The notes below the pieces were generated by a model that did not search any database, had not been told where the DNA came from, and saw only the letters and a program-made list of their open reading frames with translations. Both the position numbers and the translations under genes were made by a program. From an uncultured Verrucomicrobiae bacterium (GTDB lineage Bacteria; Verrucomicrobiota; Verrucomicrobiia; Chthoniobacterales; JAATET01), in assembly GCA_963719495.1 (NCBI GenBank), contig CAVRCI010000013.1, positions 256,001 to 320,000 on the forward strand: DNA of 64,000 nucleotides, given 5' to 3'. Shown here in pieces: positions 40,550 through 52,237 of the stretch; within the stretch, counting starts at the first letter, position 1, and each line of letters begins with the position of its first letter.

Positions 40550-41041
40550 CTAAAACATCACCCCGAGCACGTAACCGAAGCCGCCCGCCGCCAGCATGAG
40601 CACCAGCACGGCGCCGCGCGAAACGGGGTTGATCGAGTTGGCCACCTTGTTCAGCTGGACGACGATGGCGTCGGACTCCTTCTTCACGACGTCGAGCTTC
40701 TTGGTGCAGTAATCGATGCCTTCGTGATACGTGGCGACCTGCTCGGCGAAGCCATCCAGGTGCATGGCGTCGAGCTTCTGCTTGAGCTCCTGGGTCTGGA
40801 AGCCGAGCCGCTCGATGCCCGGGGCGAGTTCCGACCGGATCTGATCGACGATGGCTTCGTCGAAACCTTCGATCTGGACCTTCTGCGGCGTGCCGTCGGC
40901 GGACACCGGTGCCGCGGACGCCGCCGGGCGGCCGTAGAATTCCAGCAGCTCGAGCAGGGCCATGGCGGGATCCCCGTCCTGAATGTTGTGGCGGCGCTGC
41001 CAGTCGAGAATCTTGGCTTTGAGTTCGTTGTCTTCGGTCAT
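40550..41041 (-). CDS. Coiled-coil protein with C-terminal TM helix, N-terminus reminiscent of TraM/MobE
   Basis: RRHNIQDGDPAMALLELL motif, heptads, TM tail; ATGA overlap with the upstream ATPase. Confidence 0.75.
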   Translation of the reverse strand: MTEDNELKAKILDWQRRHNIQDGDPAMALLELLEFYGRPAASAAPVSADGTPQKVQIEGFDEAIVDQIRSELAPGIERLGFQTQELKQKLDAMHLDGFAEQVATYHEGIDYCTKKLDVVKKESDAIVVQLNKVANSINPVSRGAVLVLMLAAGGFGYVLGVMF

Positions 41042-41769
41042 GGTAATAGGATGTCGCGGTGGGCGTCGAATTGGCGAAAGATTTCGCGGCGGTAGTTGAC
41101 CATGCGCTGGCGGTCGATCAGGAACAATCCGTTGCTCTCGAGGGCTCCGCTGATGGTGACCGAGTGCTGCTGGAGGTGCAGCACGAGGTGGTCGGGCAGT
41201 TTCGGGATCGTGATTTCACGCGCTCCGGCGTCATCGAGCTCCTGGCGCGCCCGGCTCTGATCGTAGATCCGGCAGCTCGACATCGTCTTGTGATTTTTCA
41301 CCACGAGCCAGTCGACGGTGTTGCCGATCCGGGTGACGGCTTCGCCCGCCTGATGCACGGTGTCCTTGTCCTCCTCGACGATGACGACGAGCGTGAGCTC
41401 GAGCTTCATCCCCTCACGCAGCGTGAGGAGGTTCGTCTCTTCGAGCCAATCCAGGAAAATGCGTTGCTGCGATCCGACGCCGTCGACGATGACGAGTGAC
41501 GAATCCGACATGACCTCGATGATGCGGTCGAGATTTTCCGAGTGCCGGATGTCGAGGAAATGGGCTTCGGGAACGAATCGGGTAAGGGTCGAATTCTGAT
41601 AATCCGGATCGAAGGCGAGGAAGTCCTTGTGGTTTTCCTCGAGCCACTGGACGAAAAGGATCGAAAAAAACGACTTCCCGACACCGCCCTTGTCCATCGC
41701 GACGAGGACGAGGCGTTTGCTTTCCTCCTGATGCGTGGAGGGGATCGACGGCGATGGGGCGGCGGTCAT
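41038..41769 (-). CDS. ParA/MinD-superfamily P-loop ATPase (TraL/MobD-like), copy 2
   Basis: Deviant Walker A DKGGVGKS, FDPD..NSTL, VIVDGVG, VVKN, C-terminal DRQRM. Confidence 0.88.
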   Translation of the reverse strand: MTAAPSPSIPSTHQEESKRLVLVAMDKGGVGKSFFSILFVQWLEENHKDFLAFDPDYQNSTLTRFVPEAHFLDIRHSENLDRIIEVMSDSSLVIVDGVGSQQRIFLDWLEETNLLTLREGMKLELTLVVIVEEDKDTVHQAGEAVTRIGNTVDWLVVKNHKTMSSCRIYDQSRARQELDDAGAREITIPKLPDHLVLHLQQHSVTISGALESNGLFLIDRQRMVNYRREIFRQFDAHRDILLP

Positions 41770-41775
41770 GGGGGA

Positions 41776-42780
41776 TTAAACGTCCTGCGGCGGGATTCGG
41801 GGCCGCGCGACCGCGACCGGCGGCTTGATTTTTTCGACTTGGGGAACGCTCTCCGGCTCCGATTCGTCGGCAACAGCCTCCGGTTCCGGCGCGGGCGCGG
41901 GCGTGGACGCGGCTTCCTCGACCGCCGCGAGGCTCGAATCCGGGAGCAACACGTCGCGAGCACCGGTGAATTCCTCGAAGAGCCGGTGCTGATAGGACCG
42001 CAGACGCTGACGCTCGAGAAAGAAAACGCTCTCGTCCTGGATGAGGCCATTGATGCTCTTGCTGGACTTCTGGAGCATGCTGTTGAGATTCCACGGCAGG
42101 CGCTCGATGGTGATCTCGCGGGCCCCGAGGGCGAGGAGTTCCTTGCGGGCATTGCTGCCGTCGTAGATCTCGGTCACCGGCGAAGTCTTGAGATTGCGAA
42201 CGACGATCCAGTTGGCGTTCTTGCCGACGCGCTTCGCCACTTGGCCGGCCTGAAAGACGGTCTCCTTGTCCTCCTCGATGATCACGACCAGCGTGATCTC
42301 GAGCCCAAGCTGCTCGCGCAGCTCGAAGACCCGGGCCTCCTCGAGCCAGTCGATAAATTTCGTCTGCAACGACCCGACCCCATCCGCGATGACCAGATCC
42401 GTCCGTTCGAAGGCCCGGATCACGTTGTCCAAATGCACCTCTTCGCTGATGTCGATGAACTCGGCCTCGCCGTGAAAGCGCGTGAGCGTCGAATTGCACC
42501 AATCGGGATCGAAGGCGATGAACGGGACTTCCAGGGATTGCAGCCACTCGATCAGGTTGATCGTGACGTAGGATTTCCCTACGCCGCCTTTGCTGGTGGC
42601 GGAGAGAATGAGGCGCTTGGTGCCGGTGCTCGCCGGGGCAGAGGTTGATTCCGTCGCTTCGGGGATCGGCGTCATTTTGGAAGTTGAGGATGATTTTTCG
42701 GTCACGGGGCTGGGATCGGTTTCCTGACGCTCGTGCGCCTTTTTGAGGAACTGACTAAATACTTTCGAACGATCATCCAT
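41776..42780 (-). CDS. ParA/MinD-superfamily P-loop ATPase (TraL/MobD-like), copy 1, with disordered termini
   Basis: SKGGVGKS, FDPD..NSTL, VIADGVG, VVRN, ERQRL; aligns by eye with copy 2 across the whole domain. Confidence 0.88.
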   Translation of the reverse strand: MDDRSKVFSQFLKKAHERQETDPSPVTEKSSSTSKMTPIPEATESTSAPASTGTKRLILSATSKGGVGKSYVTINLIEWLQSLEVPFIAFDPDWCNSTLTRFHGEAEFIDISEEVHLDNVIRAFERTDLVIADGVGSLQTKFIDWLEEARVFELREQLGLEITLVVIIEEDKETVFQAGQVAKRVGKNANWIVVRNLKTSPVTEIYDGSNARKELLALGAREITIERLPWNLNSMLQKSSKSINGLIQDESVFFLERQRLRSYQHRLFEEFTGARDVLLPDSSLAAVEEAASTPAPAPEPEAVADESEPESVPQVEKIKPPVAVARPRIPPQDV

Positions 42781-42993
42781 GGCGAACACCCGCTTGCCAC
42801 GACGGCGCTTCGCACGCCCGGGAGCCGGTTTCTGTCGGAGATAATCAGAGTAGCAATTCCCGCGCAAGCCGAGATGTCGTATTTTATTCACTCGGTATAC
42901 AGACCGACCCTCCCGGCGATTTCCTCTCTTGTCATCGGAGGTCGGATTGCTACGTTTCCCGACACCGCACCTCTGCGGGGATCTCTATCGAGT

Positions 42994-43461
42994 ATGATGT
43001 TGGCCAACCTCCTCTCCGCCGGGCAAATCATCCCGGAAATGCAATCCGACGAGCGCTGGGAAGCCATCGAGGAGATTGTGAAGCGGCTCGTGACCGCCGG
43101 CCGCATCGAGGAGAAGGACACCGAAACGATCCTCTCCTCGCTCAAGCAACGCGAGGAGACGATGAGCACGGGCATCGGATTCGGCATCGCCATTCCCCAC
43201 GCTTCGTCCGATCACGTGGAGGACGTCGTCGCCGGATTCGGCCGATCTAAGGCGGGGATCGAGTTCGACTCGCTCGACAACGAGCCGGTGCACTTCATCG
43301 TCCTGTTCATCGTCCCACGCGACCAATTTCAAACCCACCTCCGGACGCTCGCCGCGATCGCGAAATTTCTGAACGACCGCACCGTGCGCGACGAACTCGC
43401 TCAGGCCACGGACGCGGAATCGATCCTCGCGGTCTTCACCAACCGCGCCCAGAGCGCCTAA
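42994..43461 (+). CDS. PTS EIIA component (fructose/nitrogen type)
   Basis: RE..MSTGIGFGIAIPH, GIEFDSLDNEPV, HLRTLA. Confidence 0.92.
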   Translation: MMLANLLSAGQIIPEMQSDERWEAIEEIVKRLVTAGRIEEKDTETILSSLKQREETMSTGIGFGIAIPHASSDHVEDVVAGFGRSKAGIEFDSLDNEPVHFIVLFIVPRDQFQTHLRTLAAIAKFLNDRTVRDELAQATDAESILAVFTNRAQSA

Positions 43462-43472
43462 GGGCTCCGCCG

Positions 43473-45191
43473 ATGAAAACCGCCCGCTCCCTGCTCGAGG
43501 AGCGCCTTCGCACCGCGCTCGCCCAGCTTGACTTCGATCCCGCCGCCGCGGAAGTCACGCCGACCGCCGACGCCCGCTTCGGCGACTATCAGACCAACGC
43601 CGCGATGGTCCTCGCCAAGCCCCAACGCCGCAATCCGCGCGAGCTCGCCGCCGCGATCGCCGAGGCCATCGACCTCTCCACCCTCGCCGAAGCGCCCACG
43701 CTGGCCGGCCCGGGATTCATCAATTTCCGCCTCACCGACGATTACCTGAGCGCCGCCGCCGCCCGGCTCGCCGCCGATCCCCGCGTCGGCGTCGATCCGA
43801 CCGAGACACCCCAACGCATCGTCATCGACTTCAGCGCGCCAAACGTCGCCAAGCCCATGCACGTCGGCCACATCCGCAGCACGTTCATCGGCGACGCGCT
43901 CGCCCGCGTCGCCCGATTCCTCGGCCACCACGTCGTTACCGACAACCACATCGGCGACTGGGGCACGCAATTTGGCAAGGTCATCCACGGCTGGAAACAC
44001 TTCCTCGACCGCCCCGCGCTCGAGGCCGATCCCATCCCGGAACTCCTCCGCCTCTACCGCCACGTCAACACCCTCGAAGCCACCGACGAAGCCCTCGCCC
44101 GCACCGTCCGCGAAGAGCTCGTGAAGCTCCAATCCGGCGACGTCGAGAACCTCGCGATCTGGCGGCAGGTCGTCGATTTCTCGTGGGTCGGGTTCGAAAA
44201 ATTCTACACGCTCCTCGACATCCGCTTCGACGAGCACCTCGGTGAGAGCCACTACCGCGACGCCCTCGGCCCGCTCGTCGACCGACTCCTCGCCGACGGC
44301 ACCGCCCGCATCAGCGAAGGCGCGGCCTGCATTTTCTTCCCCAACGACGCCGATCTGGCGGAGAAACCCTGCCTCATCCGCAAGACGGACGGGGGATTCC
44401 TCTACGCCACGACCGACCTCGCCACGATCGAATCCCGCGTCGACCGCCACGCCCCCGACGCCATCTGGTACGTGACCGGCGCGCCGCAGGCCCTGCATTT
44501 TCAGCAGGTCTTCGCCGCCGCCGCGCTCACGGGCATCGCCGTCGACGCCCGCCACGTCCCCTTCGGCAGCATCCTCGGCGAGGACCGCAAGATCATGCGC
44601 ACCCGCTCCGGCGAGAACGTCCAGCTCGCCGACGTTCTCACCGAAGCCATCGACCGCGCCCGCGCCATCGTCGCGGAAAAAAACCCCGACCTCCCCGCCG
44701 ACGAGACCGAATCCATCGCCCGCACCGTCGGCCTCGGAGCCGTCAAATACGCCGAACTCTCCCAGAATCGCCTCACGGACTACGTCTTCGCCTGGGACAA
44801 AATGCTCTCCTTCCAAGGCAACACCGCGCCCTACCTGCAGAACGCTTACGTCCGCATCCAATCGATCTTCCGCAAAGCGGGCACCTCACCCACCACTCAC
44901 CAGTCACCAGCCACCATTCACCTCCCCGCCGTCACCGAACGCGCCCTAGCCCTCAAGCTCACGCAGTTCGCGGAAATCCTCCCGCTCGTTCTCGCCGACT
45001 TCCGGCCCAACCTCCTCGCGAACTACCTCTACGAGCTCGCCACCAGCTTCCACGCCTTCTACGAAGCCTGCCCCATCCTGAAATCCGACGGCGACACCCG
45101 CGACTCCCGCCTCGCCCTCTGCGACGCCACCGCCCGCACGCTCCGCACCGGTCTCGACCTCCTCGGCATCGGCGTGCCCGAGCGCATGTAA
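43473..45191 (+). CDS. argS: Arginine--tRNA ligase
   Basis: FGDYQTN, AGPGFINF, DFSAPNVAKPMHVGHIRS, NHIGDWGTQFG, GNTAPYLQNAYVRI, VPERM. Confidence 0.98.
   Translation: MKTARSLLEERLRTALAQLDFDPAAAEVTPTADARFGDYQTNAAMVLAKPQRRNPRELAAAIAEAIDLSTLAEAPTLAGPGFINFRLTDDYLSAAAARLAADPRVGVDPTETPQRIVIDFSAPNVAKPMHVGHIRSTFIGDALARVARFLGHHVVTDNHIGDWGTQFGKVIHGWKHFLDRPALEADPIPELLRLYRHVNTLEATDEALARTVREELVKLQSGDVENLAIWRQVVDFSWVGFEKFYTLLDIRFDEHLGESHYRDALGPLVDRLLADGTARISEGAACIFFPNDADLAEKPCLIRKTDGGFLYATTDLATIESRVDRHAPDAIWYVTGAPQALHFQQVFAAAALTGIAVDARHVPFGSILGEDRKIMRTRSGENVQLADVLTEAIDRARAIVAEKNPDLPADETESIARTVGLGAVKYAELSQNRLTDYVFAWDKMLSFQGNTAPYLQNAYVRIQSIFRKAGTSPTTHQSPATIHLPAVTERALALKLTQFAEILPLVLADFRPNLLANYLYELATSFHAFYEACPILKSDGDTRDSRLALCDATARTLRTGLDLLGIGVPERM
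44891..44922 (+). repeat. Heptamer tandem repeat (CACCAGT-type) in frame inside argS
   Basis: caccact caccagt caccagc caccatt cacc; translates as TTHQSPATIH. Confidence 0.85.
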
Positions 45192-45259
45192 ACTCCTCGC
45201 GCGAAAAAACTTTCGGCTTCCTTACACGCGCCCCCCGACCCATCATCGTAAGCCACATC

Positions 45260-45334
45260 ATGCACAGCGTATTCTACATCATCGGAGTCATTGTCGTCGT
45301 CGTCGTTATCCTCAAGGTTCTTGGCTTGTTCTAA
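45260..45334 (+). CDS. 24-aa single-pass membrane microprotein (absent from ORF track)
   Basis: Manual translation MHSVFYIIGVIVVVVVILKVLGLF; host-like codons (atc, gtc). Confidence 0.65.
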   Translation: MHSVFYIIGVIVVVVVILKVLGLF

Positions 45335-45953
45335 GTAACCCGCGGATCCTGGATTCGGCCGGCGCGTGATCGCGCCAGTCGTAAACCAGACCACGAAATC
45401 CCGCCGCTTCAGCGGCCGCGACATTCTCCGGAAGGTCGTCGATAAAAAGTGTCCGCGTCGGTTCGACGCGGCATTTTTGTGCCGCGATCTCGTAAATTTC
45501 CGCGGACGGCTTGAGCGCTCCGGCCTCGAAGGAATACACGCCCGCGCGGAAGGTCCGAAAGACCGGATACGTCTCGAAGATGTGCTCCACGTGAATGCAC
45601 GAGATGTTCGAAAGCAGGAACGTCGGCACCCCCGCCGCCGCCAGCTCGGTCGCCAGCGCCGTCATCGGCACGTTCTCCTCGAAGATCCGCTGCCACACCG
45701 CGACGAACTCCGCGTCCGTCCCCCGGTGACAAAAAACCGGCCGCACCCGCCGCAGAAACTCCACCCGGTCGATCTCCCCACCCTCCAGCGCCACCTGCGC
45801 CGCCGCCACCGGCTCCCGCTCCGGCATCTCGTCCAGCCCGCCCAACTCCATCAGCCGCCGGGCCGCCACCAGGTAGTCGAACTTCAGCAGAACGTTCCCG
45901 ATGTCGAAAATCACCGCATCGACCTCACCCTCACCCCATTTCTTTTTTCCCAT
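45312..45953 (-). CDS. HAD family phosphatase (YihX-like)
   Basis: VIFDIGNVL, LLSN, KPSAEIY, FIDDLPENV. Confidence 0.92.
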   Translation of the reverse strand: MGKKKWGEGEVDAVIFDIGNVLLKFDYLVAARRLMELGGLDEMPEREPVAAAQVALEGGEIDRVEFLRRVRPVFCHRGTDAEFVAVWQRIFEENVPMTALATELAAAGVPTFLLSNISCIHVEHIFETYPVFRTFRAGVYSFEAGALKPSAEIYEIAAQKCRVEPTRTLFIDDLPENVAAAEAAGFRGLVYDWRDHAPAESRIRGLLRTSQEP

Positions 45954-45978
45954 TTCCCATTTCGAATTTCGAATTTTC

Positions 45979-47049
45979 CTAAAGCCAGTGTTTCCGTTTC
46001 GCGATCGTCACCGTGATCGCCACAATCACCGCCGACACCGCCCAGAAGAACAAATACCCATACCGCCAATCCAATTCCGGCATGTTAAAGGGGCTGTCCG
46101 TATTGAAATTCATCCCGTAAACCCCCGCCACGAACGTCAACGGAATGAAAATCGTCGAGACCACCGTGAGCACGCGCATGATCTCGTTCGTCCGGAATCC
46201 CAGGCTCGACAGATAAACGTCCATCAACCCCGCCGACAGATCGCGGTAGCTCTCGATGATGTCGATGATCTGCGTGATGTGATCGTAGCAATCGCGCAGG
46301 AAGACCGCCGTCCCGTCCGCCAGCCGCCCCGAATCGTCCCGCATGAGCGCTGAAAAGATCTCCCGATGCGGCCACGCCGCCCGCCGGAGCTGAATGAGAA
46401 GCCGCTTCACCTCGTAGAGCCGCCGCAGCGTATCCTTCGTCGGTTTCGCCAGCAGCTCCTCCTCCAGATCCTCCACCCCGTCGCCGAGCGATTCGAGCAC
46501 CGGAAAAAACTGATCCGCGATCGTGTCGAGCAGCGCGTAGAGCAGGTAATCCTCCTTCCGCTTCCGCGCAAACCCCCGCCCGTTCCGCAGCCGAGCCCGC
46601 ACCGGCTCGAACGTGTCGCACCCCCGCACCTCCTGCAGCGTCAGCACGAACGAATCCCCCAAAAACAAGCTCACCTGCTCCACCGCCAACCGCTCCTTCG
46701 TCTCGAAGTAGACCATCTCGCTCACCACGAACAGATGATCGTCAAACGTCTCCACCTTCGGCCGCTGCGTCGTGTTGAGCACGTCCTCCAGCGTCAACGG
46801 ATGCAGCCCAAACCGCTCGCCGATCGCCCGCAACACCGCCACGTCCTCGAGCCCATCGACGTTGATCCAATTCACCTTCGCCGGATCGAACCGCGCCATC
46901 AGCTCGTCGAAAGTCGCGAACTCCTCCTCCGTCACCGACCCCTCGTCGTATTGAATGAGCGTGAGCGTCGGCGCCTCGCCGTGGCCATCCTCCCTCGGCA
47001 GCAACGTCGCCGGAGCCGTCCCGGGAAGGTGGTAATTCAGACGGATCAC
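45979..47049 (-). CDS. corA: Magnesium/cobalt transporter CorA
   Basis: WINVDGL, LHPLTLEDVLNTTQRPKVE, TNEIMRVLT, YGMNF, MPEL; start approximate. Confidence 0.96.
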   Translation of the reverse strand: MIRLNYHLPGTAPATLLPREDGHGEAPTLTLIQYDEGSVTEEEFATFDELMARFDPAKVNWINVDGLEDVAVLRAIGERFGLHPLTLEDVLNTTQRPKVETFDDHLFVVSEMVYFETKERLAVEQVSLFLGDSFVLTLQEVRGCDTFEPVRARLRNGRGFARKRKEDYLLYALLDTIADQFFPVLESLGDGVEDLEEELLAKPTKDTLRRLYEVKRLLIQLRRAAWPHREIFSALMRDDSGRLADGTAVFLRDCYDHITQIIDIIESYRDLSAGLMDVYLSSLGFRTNEIMRVLTVVSTIFIPLTFVAGVYGMNFNTDSPFNMPELDWRYGYLFFWAVSAVIVAITVTIAKRKHWL

Positions 47050-47149
47050 AACCGCAAAACTAGGATCGGCCCCCGCCGCTGGCAAGCCGCCCGGACTCCC
47101 GACTTTCGCATCGCCCAACCTGCGCTAAAGTCACCCCCAAGCCACCGCC

Positions 47150-47389
47150 ATGACCGCCATCATCGAGTTTTTCAAACAGCAGCTGCAGGGCGAGAAGCCA
47201 CTCCACCCCATCGACCGCGCCGCCGCGAAATTCTACGTCAAACAGCGCCTCGCCCACATCTTCCCCGAGCTCCGCGGCAACCCCGAAGCCCTCGAGCAAG
47301 CCTACCGCGACCTCGATCTCCGGGCCCACCCCGGCACCGGAGAAGGCGGAGCCACCGTCTTCGAAACCATCTTCACCGGAAAGCTATAA
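47150..47389 (+). CDS. Small hypothetical protein
   Basis: 79-aa ORF with host-like C-ending codons. Confidence 0.7.
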   Translation: MTAIIEFFKQQLQGEKPLHPIDRAAAKFYVKQRLAHIFPELRGNPEALEQAYRDLDLRAHPGTGEGGATVFETIFTGKL

Positions 47390-47564
47390 AGCAGCCGTGG
47401 AATCGGCTTCCAGCCGATCACCAACCAAAAATCGGCAAAGCCGATTCAAATCCCCCACCACCAAACGCCCCAAGTCACCAACCCGATTCTCAAACACCAA
47501 AATCCCCCGCACACGAATCCCCCCTTTTGCGCCCTATCTGCGCCTCTTCGCGGCCAAAAAAAAC

Positions 47565-48032
47565 TCACCCGGCTTCACCCGAAGCCGCCCGCCGCCGATT
47601 CCGCAGCACGGTCGCCGCCCCCTTCATCCGCGTGAGGATGTAATACACCGTCTGGCTCCGCTGCCGAACCAGATCCGCGCCGACAATCTTCGGCACGAAA
47701 TCCGCCGGCACCGCCAGCACCTCCTCGATCGTGCAACCCTCCAGCCCCTTGCACAGAATCGAAGTCATCGCCTTCGTCAGCGTCTGCACCTGCGGCCCGA
47801 GGGTGATCCGATAGTGCGACCCACCCGCCTCGCCGACCTTCAGAAAAACCCCCACTTCATCGGTGCATTCCTCATCCTTCCGAACGTCCTCGAGGTCGAA
47901 AGTCTCCCCTTCCCGCGGCCCCTGATTCGCAGACTGATCCGCGTAGAGAATCAGCATATCGCGCTTCTCCGCATCGGGCAGCACCTCGAAGAGCCCCACA
48001 ATCTTCGCCAAATTAGCCGGATACTCACTCAT
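47565..48032 (-). CDS. SufE family sulfur acceptor protein
   Basis: MSEYPANLAKIVGLFE..LILYAD, ECTDEV, GLEGCTIEEVLAVP; directly downstream of the sulfurtransferase. Confidence 0.85.
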   Translation of the reverse strand: MSEYPANLAKIVGLFEVLPDAEKRDMLILYADQSANQGPREGETFDLEDVRKDEECTDEVGVFLKVGEAGGSHYRITLGPQVQTLTKAMTSILCKGLEGCTIEEVLAVPADFVPKIVGADLVRQRSQTVYYILTRMKGAATVLRNRRRAASGEAG

Positions 48033-48049
48033 CGCACTCACCGCATTCA

Positions 48050-48090
48050 AAATCCGAAATCCGAAATCCGAAATCCGAAATCCGAAATCC
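48050..48090 (+). repeat. Heptamer tandem repeat AAATCCG x~6 between sseA and sufE
   Basis: aaatccg repeated perfectly. Confidence 0.93.
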
Positions 48091-48091
48091 A

Positions 48092-48946
48092 TCAAGCTCC
48101 CTTGGCGATCGGGGCCCGCACGCGGTTCCCCCATTCCGTCCACGACCCGTCGTAATTCCGCACCTTCTCGTAACCCAGCAGGTATTTCAGCACGAACCAC
48201 GTGTGGCTCGAGCGCTCCCCGATCCGGCAATACGCGACCACGTCCTCGCCCGGCTTCAGCCCGGTCTCGTCTTCGTAGAGCGCCTTCAATTCGTCCGCGC
48301 TCTTGAACGTCGCGTCGTCGTTCGTCGCCTTCTTCCAAGGCACGCTCTTCGCCCCCGGGATGTGCCCGCCGCGCAGCACCCCCTCCTGCGGATACTCCGG
48401 CATGTGCGTCACCTCGCCAACGAACTCCCCCGGCGACCGCACGTCGATCAGCGGCTTCCCCGCCTCGCTCTGCGCCAGCGCATCCTCGTAGAACGCCCGA
48501 ATCTCCGCGTCCCGCCGCTCCGTCGGCACGGGGTAATCCACCGGCTCCGACTTCGGCACATCCCGCGTCAGCTCCCGACCCTCCGCTTTCCACTTGTCCC
48601 GACCGCCGTCCATGATCCGCACGCTCTCGTGACCGAATAACTGAAACGCCCACAGCGCGTAGCACGCCCACCAATTCGACTTGTCGCCGTAGAAGACGAC
48701 CGTGGTATCCGGCCCGATCCCGTGCCGCGAGCACATCTCGGCGAATTCCGCCGGCGCGATGTAATCCCGCACCGTCTGATCCTGCAGGTCACCCCGCCAA
48801 TCGATGTGCACCGCCCCCGGCACGTGTCCCGTGCTGTAAAGGAGGACGTCTTCGTTGCTTTCGACGATGCGAATCGAAGGGTCGGCTAGATGTTCAGCCA
48901 CCCAATCAGTCGACACGAGGGCTTCGGGATGTGCATAGTTCGTCAT
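48092..48946 (-). CDS. Two-domain rhodanese / thiosulfate sulfurtransferase (SseA type)
   Basis: [43 protein letters not shown]. Confidence 0.95.
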   Translation of the reverse strand: MTNYAHPEALVSTDWVAEHLADPSIRIVESNEDVLLYSTGHVPGAVHIDWRGDLQDQTVRDYIAPAEFAEMCSRHGIGPDTTVVFYGDKSNWWACYALWAFQLFGHESVRIMDGGRDKWKAEGRELTRDVPKSEPVDYPVPTERRDAEIRAFYEDALAQSEAGKPLIDVRSPGEFVGEVTHMPEYPQEGVLRGGHIPGAKSVPWKKATNDDATFKSADELKALYEDETGLKPGEDVVAYCRIGERSSHTWFVLKYLLGYEKVRNYDGSWTEWGNRVRAPIAKGA

Positions 48947-49022
48947 AAGGTATAAAAAATGGAGGTCGACCCGCACCTTCCGACGCCTTGCCATCCGGCT
49001 CAAGTCCTTTCCCGCCGCACCC

Positions 49023-51364
<2,342 letters not shown>

Positions 51365-51368
<4 letters not shown>

Positions 51369-51487
51369 AAACCCTCGCCCTCGCACTCGCAGCCATCGCC
51401 CTCATCGCCACCCTCGGCGCTTGTTCCACCGGAGCCCGCGTCGACACCCCCATTCTCGACGTCGGAGTCGGTGGAGAAGTCGGATGA
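51365..51487 (+). CDS. 40-aa lipoprotein
   Basis: [20 protein letters not shown] lipobox; ATGA overlap with the kinase stop. Confidence 0.75.
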
Positions 51488-51605
51488 CCGACCACGAAAG
51501 CCCAAAACCGAAAACGGTCGGCGAGCAGCCCGATGACCGCCCCCTACCCAGGGAAACCACCAATACCCCCACCACCACCGAGACCATCGCCGACAATTAA
51601 TCAGG

Positions 51606-51652
51606 GGGAGCGCACGCGTCCCCGCGTGCGAGATGCGGCGTCCCGCCGCATC
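51606..51652 (+). repeat. REP-like element family A copy 3
   Basis: GGGAGCGCACGCGTCCCCGCGTGCGAGATGCGGCGTCCCGCCGCATC. Confidence 0.85.
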
Positions 51653-51810
51653 GACCGGCAAATCGAGCCAAGCGAGAGAGCCGGACCTCAAGGAGCCGCG
51701 ATTTGCCAATGGCTTCGCCTCTCTGCGCTTCGCTCCGGCTGCCGAACCAAGCCAAAAGCGAAGCCTCATTCTCCAAGGTCCAAGCCTGACTCGAGAACGA
51801 AACAACCCTA

Positions 51811-52221
51811 ATGAAATACCCAAGACTCGCCATCAACCTCCGAGTCCCCGACCCCGCCGCCGCTCTTGAATTCTACGCCGCCGCCTTCGGAGCCACCGAG
51901 CGCTGCCGCCTCACCAACCCCCGCACCGGCACCATCGGCCACGCCGAAATCCTCATCGACGACGCCCTCGTCACCCTCTCACCCGGACCGGATGCCGATC
52001 CAACCTCAACCCCCGCCTCCCAAATCCTCCTGAACTGCCCCGACGTCGAAGCCGCCTTCGCCCGAGCCACCGCAGCCGGAGCCGAGACCGTTCGCCCACT
52101 CGAGACCGAATTCCACGGCCACCGCTGCGGCGCAATCCGCGACCCCTTCGGCCACGAGTGGATGCTTTTCCAGGATCTCGAAAGTCTCACCGCCGACCAG
52201 ATGCAAGAGCGCTGGGTCTAA
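51811..52221 (+). CDS. VOC/glyoxalase family protein (PhnB-like)
   Basis: ALEFYAAAFGA, IGHAEI, FARATAAGA, RDPFGHEW. Confidence 0.9.
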   Translation: MKYPRLAINLRVPDPAAALEFYAAAFGATERCRLTNPRTGTIGHAEILIDDALVTLSPGPDADPTSTPASQILLNCPDVEAAFARATAAGAETVRPLETEFHGHRCGAIRDPFGHEWMLFQDLESLTADQMQERWV

Positions 52222-52237
52222 AGCCTCCGTCGCTGAG

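Noticed and set aside
40550..42780. Integrated conjugative element or plasmid remnant
   Set aside because: No relaxase, coupling protein, T4SS, integrase or rep gene in the window; the genes are intact and co-oriented with bcsA.
47397..47564. Possible ncRNA between the small ORF and sufE
   Set aside because: Made of a REP-like hairpin and low-complexity repeat-like sequence; no recognisable RNA family.
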